A stretch of 64,000 nucleotides of DNA from Bacteroidales bacterium (GTDB taxonomy: Bacteria; Bacteroidota; Bacteroidia; Bacteroidales; B18-G4), in assembly GCA_018401355.1 (NCBI GenBank), contig JAGYLD010000003.1:10444-74443 (forward strand), given 5' to 3'. The position numbers and the translations under genes were made by a program. Shown here one piece after another: positions 1 to 9,790 of the stretch. The notes under the pieces were generated by a model. The model had not been told where the DNA came from. It saw only the letters and a list, made by a program, of their open reading frames with translations, and did not search any database. Position 1 is the first letter of the stretch. Every line of letters starts with the position of its first letter.

Positions 1-1353
1 AATCACCCTGTAGCCATATTGGTTTGGAGTGTCAACAGGGGAAAGCCCGAAATTAACGGTAGTCATTTCAAGGTCATTGACCGTGATATTATCGATGGTT
101 TTTGATTCATAACCACTGGCTACGGCGGTGGCAGAATAGTTTCCACTTAAAAGGAATTTCTGATAATCGCCTGTTATGGAGTCTGTATAAACAGGGAACA
201 TGTCCTCAATAAATATTACTGCCTGAATGGGATTGCCGGTTTCTTCATCAGTAACTATTCCTGACAGGCCATATCCTGCATACTCGATCAACAAGAGCAT
301 TGAGGGTTCATTGATGTTATAATAGTGCATGATCTGTGATGGGGGTGGTTGTTTGTTGTAAGAAAGTTCTACAACCACACCATAGTTTCCCATAACGCCA
401 TAACTTGTTTCGGCAGTGGTACCATTGGTGGGATAGAGTTGGTATCCGGGGAAGTATTCAAGATCCGCATACCCTGAGTTGGAGGAATAAAGTTGGCCCA
501 GAAATACATTTTCGGCATCTTCAGCACAAGGATTTGACCGGTAGTACCAGGGATACAAATATGCTTCAGTACCACTATGGTATGTTATGTGGATATTAAA
601 GTGGTTTTCAAGCATGAAATCCCTGAGTGCCTTGGATTCGGGTTGAGAATAGGCTCCTGTGCTGTATCCCCAGGCATCCCACATGTAGCCCCAATCGCGA
701 TTAAGGTCAACCCCGTTTGAATTGTATCTGACAATTGCTTCAAAACCATCTGGATTGGCCAGGCAATAAATCCAGATCTCCCTGTTGTCGATGAGATCTG
801 TGATGTAAGGATCATTTCCATATTCCAGGCAAAGCATCCTGGCAAACCTGACCAGGTTTTCAGCACCACCAATCTCATCACCGTGAATACTGCCATCAAA
901 GGCAATCTCTGGTTCAGTCTGGTCATATTGAACACTATCGCTTATTTTCAAAGCAGAAAGTTCCCGGCCTTCAATACTTGTGCCATAGACTTCTTTTTTG
1001 CATATATCAGGGAAGTGTGTTACAAGGCTATCCATCAAGTCGATGATTTCCTGATAAGAATGGTATTCTGTAAGATTCTTTTTCAGAGAAGCGGAATGTT
1101 TGTTAAGGTCTTTAATTGTGATTTTATAATCAAGATTGGTGGATCTTAAAATTTCAAGTTCTTCAGGGACAATGTAAACCAATGCGTGATCCTGGTATAC
1201 ATCCCCATTTAGTTTTAATGAGGACAATGTTGCAACATCGTCCTGGGAATACAACACAATTTTTGCTTCCATCTCACCTTTTCTCCAATGGGTTTGCGAG
1301 AAGGATAAAATAAAAACGAACAGGAAAATAGAAATAAGAAAACTTTGTTTCAT
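1..1353 (-). CDS. Peptidase M14 zinc carboxypeptidase, N-terminal 451 codons (3' end beyond left window edge); paralog of adjacent 1355..4345 gene
   Basis: Absent from the ORF track because no stop lies inside the window. My translation of the minus strand from ATG 1353..1351 stays open to base 1. It reads MKQSFLISIFLFVFILSFSQ (signal peptide), then FDGSIHGDEIGG (HxxE zinc site), NSNGVDLNRDWGYMWD and HITYHSGTE, then a CarboxypepD_reg-like stretch LSGIVTDEETGNPIQAVIF. It is colinear with the neighbouring 996-aa protein. Confidence 0.85.
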   Translation of the reverse strand, partial: MKQSFLISIFLFVFILSFSQTHWRKGEMEAKIVLYSQDDVATLSSLKLNGDVYQDHALVYIVPEELEILRSTNLDYKITIKDLNKHSASLKKNLTEYHSYQEIIDLMDSLVTHFPDICKKEVYGTSIEGRELSALKISDSVQYDQTEPEIAFDGSIHGDEIGGAENLVRFARMLCLEYGNDPYITDLIDNREIWIYCLANPDGFEAIVRYNSNGVDLNRDWGYMWDAWGYSTGAYSQPESKALRDFMLENHFNIHITYHSGTEAYLYPWYYRSNPCAEDAENVFLGQLYSSNSGYADLEYFPGYQLYPTNGTTAETSYGVMGNYGVVVELSYNKQPPPSQIMHYYNINEPSMLLLIEYAGYGLSGIVTDEETGNPIQAVIFIEDMFPVYTDSITGDYQKFLLSGNYSATAVASGYESKTIDNITVNDLEMTTVNFGLSPVDTPNQYGYRVI

Positions 1354-1354
1354 T

Positions 1355-4345
1355 TTAATTTCCATAAACTATTTTTCCGGCTTTCCGGGCTTCCCCGGCC
1401 TGGATATGATAGAGGTATAATCCTCTGCCTGCCAAGCGTGATGGATGCCAATGAATTGTATGTTCGCCGGCTTGATAATGCTTATCAGTAATAACTTCTA
1501 TGAGCTGACCTGTAGAATTGAAAATTTCAATTCGCACATTACCAGACTCTCTGACATAAAAACTGATTTGCATGTTTTCCTTAAAAGGATTTGGGTAAAT
1601 ATGGGAGGAAATTGTATGGTTATCGTAAGAATCTTCTTCAATACCAGTAAGAATACCACCAAAGAACTCCAGGATTTCGATCATGAGTTCTTCCTTTGTC
1701 GATTGTCCATCTGATAGTCCGCCAAATTCAAATGATGATCCAATGGTTTTGTATGTACCGGGGTCATTAGCAATGCTACTACAATAATTAGGGACCTGGT
1801 TTCTGAATAATTCGAATGCATCTTTAGCAGTAGGTGTAATTATCATTCTGTCGATATATGAATTATCTCCTGTGTAATTAAATATCATCCCATTAACAAA
1901 AGAACCATTCTGTCCCAAAAGCAGTGCAAGGTCACTGTAACCATCCATTGTTCCTGTAATGCCAAACATTGGATGCACTGGTGTTTGATCGTCAAAGGCC
2001 CAGGTATCAGCACCTTCCATATATAACCTTCCATTGTTGTTGAGATAATCGGCCAGGGTTTGCCCTTCTGATTCAGTGAGTATATACTTATTGGGATAGG
2101 TTCCCAGGCACACAAAGATGCATTTGTATAGTTCCAGGTCATCAGGAAAATCAACCATCAGGCTAACGGGAAGATCTAATCCCTGTATAATAGAAGCCAT
2201 TGTTGGCCCGGAGTTGTGATTTCCGTCTTTGTCAACAATAAGAACAGGAAGTTGACCGACAGTAAACTCCATGTTGAAAGTATTGCTGTAAATGCCACTA
2301 TTGGCAACCACGTCCATTGTAAAATCAACGATCTCACCAGTAGGTGTTGAAGGATCTGCTGTAACCGTAAATGTTTCTGTGCCATTTTGTCCTTGCTGTA
2401 ATGTTCCGAATAAAGCCGTTCCCTGATCAATGGTGATATAAGATGATGTTGTAGATAGTGTTCCGGACACGTTGTTCGCAGTAACATTTCCAACGTTTGA
2501 GATGGTTACGATCATGTCAACTGTTTCGCCTGCATCTATTCTTCCATTATTGTTACCGGATGAGTCATCGATTTCACAGGAAGACATAAGAATAAATACG
2601 CCCCAGACATGTTCGAGGTCACTAACAGCGTCGAGGTCAAAGCCTGCATCGTTTCCACTGGCAGGGCCGTCGCCATCATCTTCTATTTTAAAGTATCTTG
2701 ATTGTGCTATCCCGTTGTCATAAAAATCAAATTCTGTTGTGCCCTCGCCTGTTCCAAGGAAAGTCCATGGGCCATCGATGGTAGGGCCGGCGTATATATC
2801 AAAACCTTCCTGGGTAAGGTCTCCTTCAAAAACTTTCAGGTCATTTCCAGGTTTATCCAGGATGGGTTTTTGCATATCGATGATTACGAAGCCGCCCCTG
2901 CCAAGGGAATAATTTACATTGTCGGGTTCACCAAGGATGGCGGGTATGTTGCCTTCGTCAGCGTGGTTGTTTCCCGGGATAACGCATGCAGGTACTTTGT
3001 AAACATATTGCCTTGGTGTATCCAGAGGTTCAAGTTGAAAGTCTGTTACGGTAACGTCAAGATCCTGAACAACCACATCAGTTACTTCCTGGCTTTCATA
3101 ACCACTGGCAATAACTTTAATTGTATATGTTCCAGAAATGAGGTATTTATGATAATCACCGGCAGTAGAATCAGTAAAAACGGGATAGCCATCATCAACA
3201 AAAACAGCAGCCTGGATGGGTTTTCCTGTATTGATATCGGTCACTGTTCCTTCGATACCATAACCGGAATATTCGATCATGGCAATCATAGAAGGATAAT
3301 TGTAGTTGTAATAAGTCATGATCTGAGAAGCTGGGGGCTGCTTGCTGTAAGAAATTTCCATAGACCAGCTTATGGATCCCATGGTACCGTAATTGCCGTC
3401 CTTTGTAGCACCATTGATGGGATACATACCGGAACTTCCCTGCCCATATTCCAGGTTGGCATAGCCTGAAACGGAAGAATAAACTCCTGCAAGGTGCAGG
3501 ATATGGTCCATGTCCGGTGGCGCATCGTATCGGTAACTCCAGGGGCATGAGATATATTCTGTACCACTGTGATACGTGGTGTGAACAACAAACTGATTGT
3601 TGTACATACAATCTCTGAGGGCCCTTGTTTCAATTTCAGCAAAAATTCCTGTGCTATTTCCTTCTCCATCCCACATATAACCCCAGTCCCTGTTTAGGTC
3701 AACACCATTACTGTTGTATCGTGACATGTTTACCCTGCCGTCAGGATTTACCATGTAAAAAATCCAAATTTCCCTGTTGTCAATAAGAAAAGTAATATCA
3801 GGGTCCGAGCCGTACTCTAGGCATAATTCCCTTGCAAAACGGATCGCATTTTCCGGGCCACCGATTTCGTCTCCATGAATTCCTGCATCAAAAAATACTT
3901 CTGCTTCTGCTTCATCAACAGTTACATTATCGCTGATCTTCAATGCGCCGAGCTCACGGCCTTCAACACTTGTACCATAAAGTATTTTGCTACATATATC
4001 CGGGAAGTTGTTGGCCAGGCTATCAGCGATATCAACAATTTCCTGATAAGAATGATAAGCATCCCTGTTATTGATCCAAAAGTTCCTATAATAATTATTC
4101 AGGTCTTTTTTTACAATTTTATATTGGATTCCTGAATTTTCCAGCATGGATAGTTCTTCAGGTGTGACATATGCCAATGCATGATCCTGATAATAATCTG
4201 CATTGATCCTTAAATTCTGCAATTCGGTGATGGAGTTATTATTATAATCAATGAACACTTCCATTTCATTAGGTCTCCAGCCATTCTGGGCGATGGTCAG
4301 GGAAGTGAAAAGTAAAAGGATAAGGAAGGCAGCAATCCGCTTCAT
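1355..4345 (-). CDS. Peptidase M14 zinc carboxypeptidase with CarboxypepD_reg-like and extra beta-rich domains and a T9SS type-A C-terminal sorting domain
   Basis: 996-aa ORF. Signal peptide MKRIAAFLILLLFTSLTIAQ. M14 motifs GIHGDEIGG (HxxE), NGVDLNRDWGYMWD and TTYHSGTE. IEGTVTDINTGKPIQ is a regulatory-like domain. The last ~80 aa (YPNPFKENMQISF...GLYLYHIQAG...KIVYGN) fit the Por_Secre_tail pattern. Confidence 0.9.
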   Translation of the reverse strand: MKRIAAFLILLLFTSLTIAQNGWRPNEMEVFIDYNNNSITELQNLRINADYYQDHALAYVTPEELSMLENSGIQYKIVKKDLNNYYRNFWINNRDAYHSYQEIVDIADSLANNFPDICSKILYGTSVEGRELGALKISDNVTVDEAEAEVFFDAGIHGDEIGGPENAIRFARELCLEYGSDPDITFLIDNREIWIFYMVNPDGRVNMSRYNSNGVDLNRDWGYMWDGEGNSTGIFAEIETRALRDCMYNNQFVVHTTYHSGTEYISCPWSYRYDAPPDMDHILHLAGVYSSVSGYANLEYGQGSSGMYPINGATKDGNYGTMGSISWSMEISYSKQPPASQIMTYYNYNYPSMIAMIEYSGYGIEGTVTDINTGKPIQAAVFVDDGYPVFTDSTAGDYHKYLISGTYTIKVIASGYESQEVTDVVVQDLDVTVTDFQLEPLDTPRQYVYKVPACVIPGNNHADEGNIPAILGEPDNVNYSLGRGGFVIIDMQKPILDKPGNDLKVFEGDLTQEGFDIYAGPTIDGPWTFLGTGEGTTEFDFYDNGIAQSRYFKIEDDGDGPASGNDAGFDLDAVSDLEHVWGVFILMSSCEIDDSSGNNNGRIDAGETVDMIVTISNVGNVTANNVSGTLSTTSSYITIDQGTALFGTLQQGQNGTETFTVTADPSTPTGEIVDFTMDVVANSGIYSNTFNMEFTVGQLPVLIVDKDGNHNSGPTMASIIQGLDLPVSLMVDFPDDLELYKCIFVCLGTYPNKYILTESEGQTLADYLNNNGRLYMEGADTWAFDDQTPVHPMFGITGTMDGYSDLALLLGQNGSFVNGMIFNYTGDNSYIDRMIITPTAKDAFELFRNQVPNYCSSIANDPGTYKTIGSSFEFGGLSDGQSTKEELMIEILEFFGGILTGIEEDSYDNHTISSHIYPNPFKENMQISFYVRESGNVRIEIFNSTGQLIEVITDKHYQAGEHTIHWHPSRLAGRGLYLYHIQAGEARKAGKIVYGN

Positions 4346-4550
4346 GATTCTTATATGAGTTTTAATTAAATAGTGGTAAAAAAAGGATTAAATAATCATT
4401 ATATTTTTCATAGCAAAACTATATAAAAAAACATCCTCCTAACTTAGAATTTGTTTAAATAATGAGCACTAATCCAATGGTTTCTTCAATTAGATCAGAC
4501 ATTAAGAAGTCAGGAAAGGTTGGCTGAGCGTGCAGGTTTAAATGTATAGT

Positions 4551-5624
4551 TTAATATTCTTTAACAATATCAGGGTTCAATATTGCTCTGAGACCGTTTG
4601 ATGCAAGTGCCTCCATTTCATTTTCTCCAGGATAAATGGCACATGGTGCAAGTTTATCCACGCGTTCCTTAATTTTTTCAATGAACCAATTATCATAAGC
4701 AATGCCTCCGGTTATAAGGATATTATCTACTTCACCTTTCAGGACAGTAAACATTTCACCGATTATTTTGGCCACCTGGTATGCCATGGCCCCATATATC
4801 AGGATGGCTTTTTCGTCTCCTTGTATTACCCGTTTCTCAACTTCCATGGCGTTATTGGTGTCAAGATAGGCAGCAAGCCCACCTTTACCGATAATCATTT
4901 TGAGAATTTCTTCCTGTGTATATTTTCCACTATAGCAAGCCAGGATAATGTCTTTGATTGGCAAAGTGCCTGCTCTTTCCGGTGAGAAAGGGCCTTCCCC
5001 GCCAATGGCATTGTTAACATCAATAACTCGTCCCTTGCAGTGTGCGCCCACACTAATCCCACCGCCAAGATGAACAACAATCAGGTTGATATCCTCGTAT
5101 TCCTTGCCAATAATTTTGGCATGTTTTCTTGCGGTAGCTTTTTGATTTAATGCATGGAAAATTGATTTTCTTGGAAACAAAGGATGTCCGCTAATCCTGG
5201 CGATTTCTTCCAGTTCATCGACAACCACCGGATTGGCAATATAAGCCCTGGCATTGGGACAATCTTTCAGAAGGTCATTTGCGATAAGCCCGCCCAGGTT
5301 GCTGGCATGTTCCCCACGCGCACTTTCAAGCAGGTCATCGATCATTTTTTTGTTCACCTCATAAACCCCTGATTCAATGGGTCTTACAAGGCCTCCGCGG
5401 CCCACAATGGCAGTAACTTTTTCAAAATCAATTCCCTGGCTGGAAAGTTCTTTTTGAATAATGGATTTCCTGAATTCGAACTGATCGGCGATCTTTTTGA
5501 AGGGTTCTAGCTCGGCAGTGCTGTGTTTAATATTCTTTTCAAAGACGGGTTCTTCATTTTTAAAAACAGCAATCTTGGTAGAAGTTGACCCGGGATTGAT
5601 GGTAATGATCAGATATGAATCCAT
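4551..5624 (-). CDS. buk: Butyrate kinase
   Basis: 357-aa ORF. The N-terminus LIITINPGSTSTKIAVF is the ASKHA phosphate-1 motif typical of butyrate kinases, and length and layout fit Buk. It lies 37 nt downstream of a phosphotransbutyrylase-like gene on the same strand. Confidence 0.88.
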   Translation of the reverse strand: MDSYLIITINPGSTSTKIAVFKNEEPVFEKNIKHSTAELEPFKKIADQFEFRKSIIQKELSSQGIDFEKVTAIVGRGGLVRPIESGVYEVNKKMIDDLLESARGEHASNLGGLIANDLLKDCPNARAYIANPVVVDELEEIARISGHPLFPRKSIFHALNQKATARKHAKIIGKEYEDINLIVVHLGGGISVGAHCKGRVIDVNNAIGGEGPFSPERAGTLPIKDIILACYSGKYTQEEILKMIIGKGGLAAYLDTNNAMEVEKRVIQGDEKAILIYGAMAYQVAKIIGEMFTVLKGEVDNILITGGIAYDNWFIEKIKERVDKLAPCAIYPGENEMEALASNGLRAILNPDIVKEY

Positions 5625-5661
5625 TATTACAAATTAATAGAGTGTTTTACTTAGTTTATTT

Positions 5662-6561
5662 CTAGTGTGTCGCTGCTGCGAGGATAATACTATCAAGTTT
5701 GGACTCTTCAGAATCGGACCTGGATGTTAGTACGATAGGAGCTGAAGCACCTAAGATACAAGCAGAGACTTTAGCATTGGCAAAGAATACAAAAGCTTTG
5801 TAAAGTACATTACCTGCTTCAATATCGGGGAGTAACAATAAGTCGGCATCACCAGCAACATTACTTCTGATTCCTTTATGCTTTGCACTTTCGGCAGAGA
5901 TGGCATTATCGAATGCAAGCGGGCCATCGATAAGGCAATTAGGTATTTGTCCTCTGTCAGCCATTTTAGACAACAAGGCAGCATCCATTGTGGCTGGCAT
6001 CATTTCGTTCACAAGTTCAACGGCACCCAGGACAGCAATTTTGGGTTCTGCAATGCCAAGTTTATTCAGAAATTCAATGGCATTGGTCAGTATATTCACC
6101 TTGGCATTCAGGTCAGGAGCAATGTTCATGGCAACATCAGTCAATGCAATAAGCTTATGGTGATAGGCCGGAACCTCGAAAAGGGCAATATGAGAAAGGA
6201 TGTCACTTTTTCTTAATCCCCATTCTTTGTTTAAAACACCTTTCAGAAGGGTAGCTGTACCAATTTTGCCCTTCATCAGGATATCCGCTTCTCCAAAATG
6301 CACAAGTTTCACTGATTTAGCTACAGCCTGTGTCAAATTGGGTTCATCGATGATTGTGGCCTTGGAAATATTGATTTTTTTCTGCTTGGCGATATTTTCA
6401 ATTCCGATTTTATCTCCAATCAGGATCGGATCTATTACTTTCATTTCTGTTGCAGCCATGACTGCTTCCAAAGAATGCTCATCTTGAGCCGCTGCAACAA
6501 CAAGTTTCTTCTTTGGTGATTTTTTAATGATTTCCCTGAGCTCAGACAATTTTTTTAACAT
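5662..6561 (-). CDS. ptb: Phosphate butyryltransferase (phosphate acetyl/butyryl transferase family)
   Basis: 299-aa ORF of the PTA_PTB family size class. It ends in ...PIVLTSRSDS, a motif typical of this family, and is directly upstream of buk. Confidence 0.8.
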   Translation of the reverse strand: MLKKLSELREIIKKSPKKKLVVAAAQDEHSLEAVMAATEMKVIDPILIGDKIGIENIAKQKKINISKATIIDEPNLTQAVAKSVKLVHFGEADILMKGKIGTATLLKGVLNKEWGLRKSDILSHIALFEVPAYHHKLIALTDVAMNIAPDLNAKVNILTNAIEFLNKLGIAEPKIAVLGAVELVNEMMPATMDAALLSKMADRGQIPNCLIDGPLAFDNAISAESAKHKGIRSNVAGDADLLLLPDIEAGNVLYKAFVFFANAKVSACILGASAPIVLTSRSDSEESKLDSIILAAATH

Positions 6562-6697
6562 GATGCCTCCTATGATATATATTTGATAATCAGTTTTTTA
6601 CTTCTGTTAATTCTTTCACAGTGCAAAAATAGAAAATTATTGGCAACAAAAACAAGTAATGACCTGGTATTTAATGATTAATTAAAGGTGTGGATGA

Positions 6698-7969
6698 TCA
6701 CTTCTTGTAAATGTCTATCATATCCTGGATGGATTTTTGACAAACAGGACAAAAGTTATCGTATTTTACAGATTTCATTGTACAATCGATATAGGGTCGG
6801 TACACACCTTTTTCAACATATCCTCCACCTTCATATACGCCGATAGTTGTTTCATATTCTGGTATAGCTGGGGTTGGCACAGGGGTTTCCGCATCTACCA
6901 TATCCTGCCATTTTTCTTCGAATTTCACAAGTGTAGTGATATTTGGCTCCCAGGGTTCTTTATCAAGGGGATAAAAGTCTTCAACGGCTACTTCGGAGGT
7001 ATAATATTCATCACCAAGGCCGGCAAAGGCATGGCCGAATTCATGTTCAAAAAGAAAGTCCGATTTTTCATTATCGCTTGTGGCAATGCTATAAAAATTA
7101 TAGATCCCTCCACCGCCGTATTTGATGTGGTTGACCAGGATTAGGATCTGGTCATATGGAGCATTGGAAGCAATGTCTTTTACTGTCTTGTAATCTTCAG
7201 TTGTCAGGTAGCGCTCGGAACCAAAAGTGTAAAAGTTTGAATTCAGCACGGTGTTCTTATAGATGTCTTCCCCGGGTATATCTGTTCCAGTTTCTTCAGA
7301 CCAGGAATACACGCCCCAGATGTTAATATGATCTTTATTTAGATTGAAGGGTGATGATTCCAGGAGGTAGTCTTTAAAACGGTTACAATCATCTTTGAAT
7401 TTTCTCCTATCCTTTCGTGTATATCCTTCAGGTATTATGACGATGTCAAGCTTTTCATTTGATTTTCCTGACTTGTGGACTTTAAATTTTCTGTATTTAT
7501 TGTTTTTATGTTTAACTGTCTGGGTTTTATCCGGATTGTAATGTGCGGAAAACTGTTTTATCCAGTCCAGGTTTTTATTTCTACTGTGGAATTCAATTTT
7601 AACTGCATCCCTTGGCATGGGCATGCATACTGCTTCATAAAATGACCTCGATTTTGTTTTGGCTTCATCTGTTGCCTGCCATTCACGAAATAGTGTTGAA
7701 TAACCTCTTGAATAAAGCAATTCACCGGTTGCAAGATTGTGCATTTCAACTTTATAGTTGCCATAATCAAAAGGATCTTTGAGGACAGTTTCCGACCCTC
7801 CCCAATGTGGCTCTTCAACGAATTCAACAAGCTTGTATTCTTCTTCCTCATGATTTCCAGAGTGCAGATAATCAATGCGAAGGGTTGCATCCTTGAAATT
7901 ATAATTGAATGATTGTGTTTTAACAGTGCATGGAATGATCAGTAAAATGATAAAGAAGATATTTTTCAT
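6698..7969 (-). CDS. Peptidase M64 family (IgA-peptidase-like) secreted zinc metalloprotease
   Basis: 423-aa ORF with signal peptide MKNIFFIILLIIPCTVKTQS. HEFGHAFAGLGDEYY is the HExxH...GxxDEY signature I associate with M64. The N-terminal beta-rich domain is as in M64_N. Confidence 0.75.
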   Translation of the reverse strand: MKNIFFIILLIIPCTVKTQSFNYNFKDATLRIDYLHSGNHEEEEYKLVEFVEEPHWGGSETVLKDPFDYGNYKVEMHNLATGELLYSRGYSTLFREWQATDEAKTKSRSFYEAVCMPMPRDAVKIEFHSRNKNLDWIKQFSAHYNPDKTQTVKHKNNKYRKFKVHKSGKSNEKLDIVIIPEGYTRKDRRKFKDDCNRFKDYLLESSPFNLNKDHINIWGVYSWSEETGTDIPGEDIYKNTVLNSNFYTFGSERYLTTEDYKTVKDIASNAPYDQILILVNHIKYGGGGIYNFYSIATSDNEKSDFLFEHEFGHAFAGLGDEYYTSEVAVEDFYPLDKEPWEPNITTLVKFEEKWQDMVDAETPVPTPAIPEYETTIGVYEGGGYVEKGVYRPYIDCTMKSVKYDNFCPVCQKSIQDMIDIYKK

Positions 7970-8218
7970 AGGTTTATAGTTAAACGGTGCTGTAAATTTA
8001 TAAAAAAAGGGGCCATGAAGTCCTGTTCACAATAATCATAAAGAATGCCCCTCAAATTTCGGAATTTTAAGAAAACTTGTCAAAGATGATCCAACTGCCT
8101 TTCATACCGGCCTGCGTGCCGTCTTTGATGTCGAATTGTTTGTATTTCAGGAGCTAAAAATAATTGGTTTATCTGAATAATTGTTGGTAAAAAATTGTGG
8201 CAGATTAAAATGTTTTTT

Positions 8219-8226
8219 TATTTTTG
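8219..8226 (+). promoter_or_regulatory. Candidate Bacteroidota -7 promoter box (TATTTTTG = TAnnTTTG) upstream of tnaA
   Basis: Exact TAnnTTTG match. A partial -33 element (ATTG, 8194..8197) lies 21 nt upstream. It would give a ~160-nt 5' UTR. It conflicts with the uORF hypothesis reported under findings. Confidence 0.25.
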
Positions 8227-8394
8227 GGTCATTGATGTATACGAATGGTATCAGCAAATCCACATATCTTTCCAAGAAAACGGTTATTCATTAACATTAA
8301 GAACCGTGATGAATATTTGTTTGCCTGATAAAATCATACTTTTTTCTTATCAATTCAAGTAATTTTTTATTCAGGACAAAATTATTATCATATC

Positions 8395-9774
8395 ATGGAA
8401 TTACCATTCGCTGAAACATATAAGATCAAGATGGTGGAAACCATCCGCAAAAGTTCTTTAGAAGAAAGAAAAAACTGGATTCAAGAAGCAAGCTACAATT
8501 TATTTAATTTAAAAAGCAACCAGGTATTTATTGATTTACTTACAGATTCTGGTACCGGGGCAATGAGCGACCGTCAATGGTCGGAGATGATGCTGGGAGA
8601 TGAAAGCTATGCCGGGGCTTCTTCATATTACAAAATGAAGGATGCCATTTATGACATCCTGGGGTTTGAATATTTTCTCCCTACTCACCAGGGCCGTGCC
8701 GCTGAGAATGTTTTGTTTTCTGCGATGATCAAAGAAGGCGACCTGGTACCGGGGAATGCACATTTTGATACAACGAAAGGACATATTGAATTCAGAAAGG
8801 CCACTGCCGTTGACTGCACCATAAAGGAAGCATATGACACTTCACTCGACCATCCTTTCAAGGGGAACATTGACCTGGGAAAACTGGAGGATGTGCTAAA
8901 AAGCAATCCTTGTGAGAGGATCCCACTGGTAATAGTCACGGTAACCTGTAACACTGCCGGAGGCCAGCCTGTTTCTATGCAAAACTTGAAAGAGGTATAT
9001 GATCTCGCCCAAAAATATGGAGTCCCGGTATATTTTGATTCTGCGAGGTTTGCTGAAAATGCTTATTTTATAAAAACACGTGAGTCAGCATACAAGGATA
9101 AAACCATTCGTGAGATCGTAAAAGAGATGTATCAATATGCGGATGGTATGACCATGTCCAGTAAGAAAGATGCTATTGTTAACATGGGTGGTTTTATTGC
9201 TTTCAATGACAAGGAATTGTTCAGAAAGGCCTCAACATTTAATATTATGTTTGAAGGGTTTGTTACTTACGGAGGTATGTCTGGAAGAGATATGAATGCC
9301 CTCGCGCAGGGTTTATATGAGGGAACTGAATTCGATTATCTTGATACTCGAATCAAACAGGTTGCTTTTCTCGGACAAAAGCTGACCGACTTTGGGATCC
9401 CAACACAATTCCCTTTTGGCGGTCATGCTGTTTTTGTTGATGCCAAAAAGTTTCTCCCCAATGTTCCTAAGGAAGAATTTGTTGCCCAAACGCTGGCAAT
9501 AGAACTCTATCTGGAAGGCGGTGTCCGTGGAGTTGAGATAGGGGCTTTATTGGCAGACAGGGATCCCGTAACCAGAGAGAACAGGTATCCTGCCCTGGAG
9601 CTTATGAGGTTAACCATACCGAGAAGGGTTTATACAAACAACCATATGGAATATGTTGCTGTTGCACTCAAAAATGTATTTGACCGGAGAGATAAGATAA
9701 ACCATGGATTTAGAATTAAATGGGAAGCTCCGATTATGAGGCATTTTACTGTCGAGCTTGACAGGATCGAATGA
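8395..9774 (+). CDS. tnaA: Tryptophanase (beta-eliminating lyase family; tyrosine phenol-lyase not fully excluded)
   Basis: 459-aa ORF, colinear from memory with E. coli TnaA and with TPL. Shared strings include FIDLLTDSGTGAMS, PTHQGRAAE, SARFAENAYFIK, MSSKKDAIVNMGG (PLP-lysine region), GGHAVFVDA and LTIPRRVYT. The HFDTTKGH segment resembles TnaA (FFDTTQGH) more than TPL (FTTTRYH). Confidence 0.85.
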   Translation: MELPFAETYKIKMVETIRKSSLEERKNWIQEASYNLFNLKSNQVFIDLLTDSGTGAMSDRQWSEMMLGDESYAGASSYYKMKDAIYDILGFEYFLPTHQGRAAENVLFSAMIKEGDLVPGNAHFDTTKGHIEFRKATAVDCTIKEAYDTSLDHPFKGNIDLGKLEDVLKSNPCERIPLVIVTVTCNTAGGQPVSMQNLKEVYDLAQKYGVPVYFDSARFAENAYFIKTRESAYKDKTIREIVKEMYQYADGMTMSSKKDAIVNMGGFIAFNDKELFRKASTFNIMFEGFVTYGGMSGRDMNALAQGLYEGTEFDYLDTRIKQVAFLGQKLTDFGIPTQFPFGGHAVFVDAKKFLPNVPKEEFVAQTLAIELYLEGGVRGVEIGALLADRDPVTRENRYPALELMRLTIPRRVYTNNHMEYVAVALKNVFDRRDKINHGFRIKWEAPIMRHFTVELDRIE

Positions 9775-9790
9775 TCCTTATCTTTGAGCT

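Noticed and set aside
883-1149. Antisense ORF similar in sequence to antisense ORF 3875..4135, which could suggest a conserved antisense gene
   Set aside because: The similarity is a by-product of the duplicated sense-strand M14 genes; both ORFs sit at equivalent positions of the paralogs.
2702-3469. 255-aa plus-strand ORF (and many others of 60-180 aa) lying inside the M14 gene
   Set aside because: It is entirely antisense to a strongly supported CDS, has no recognisable motif and has odd composition. This is a typical shadow ORF. The same reasoning applies to 19863..20360, 21468..22118, 22353..22829, 27075..27617, 26999..27517, 32325..33017, 33229..33771, 44852..45379, 52740..53210, 55116..55535, 58925..59419 and 62634..63209.
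8086-8157. 23-codon uORF (MIQLPFIPACVPSLMSNCLYFRS) in the tnaA leader
   Set aside because: It has no Trp codon, lies far (237 nt) from tnaA, and has no supporting signal. It is indistinguishable from chance.
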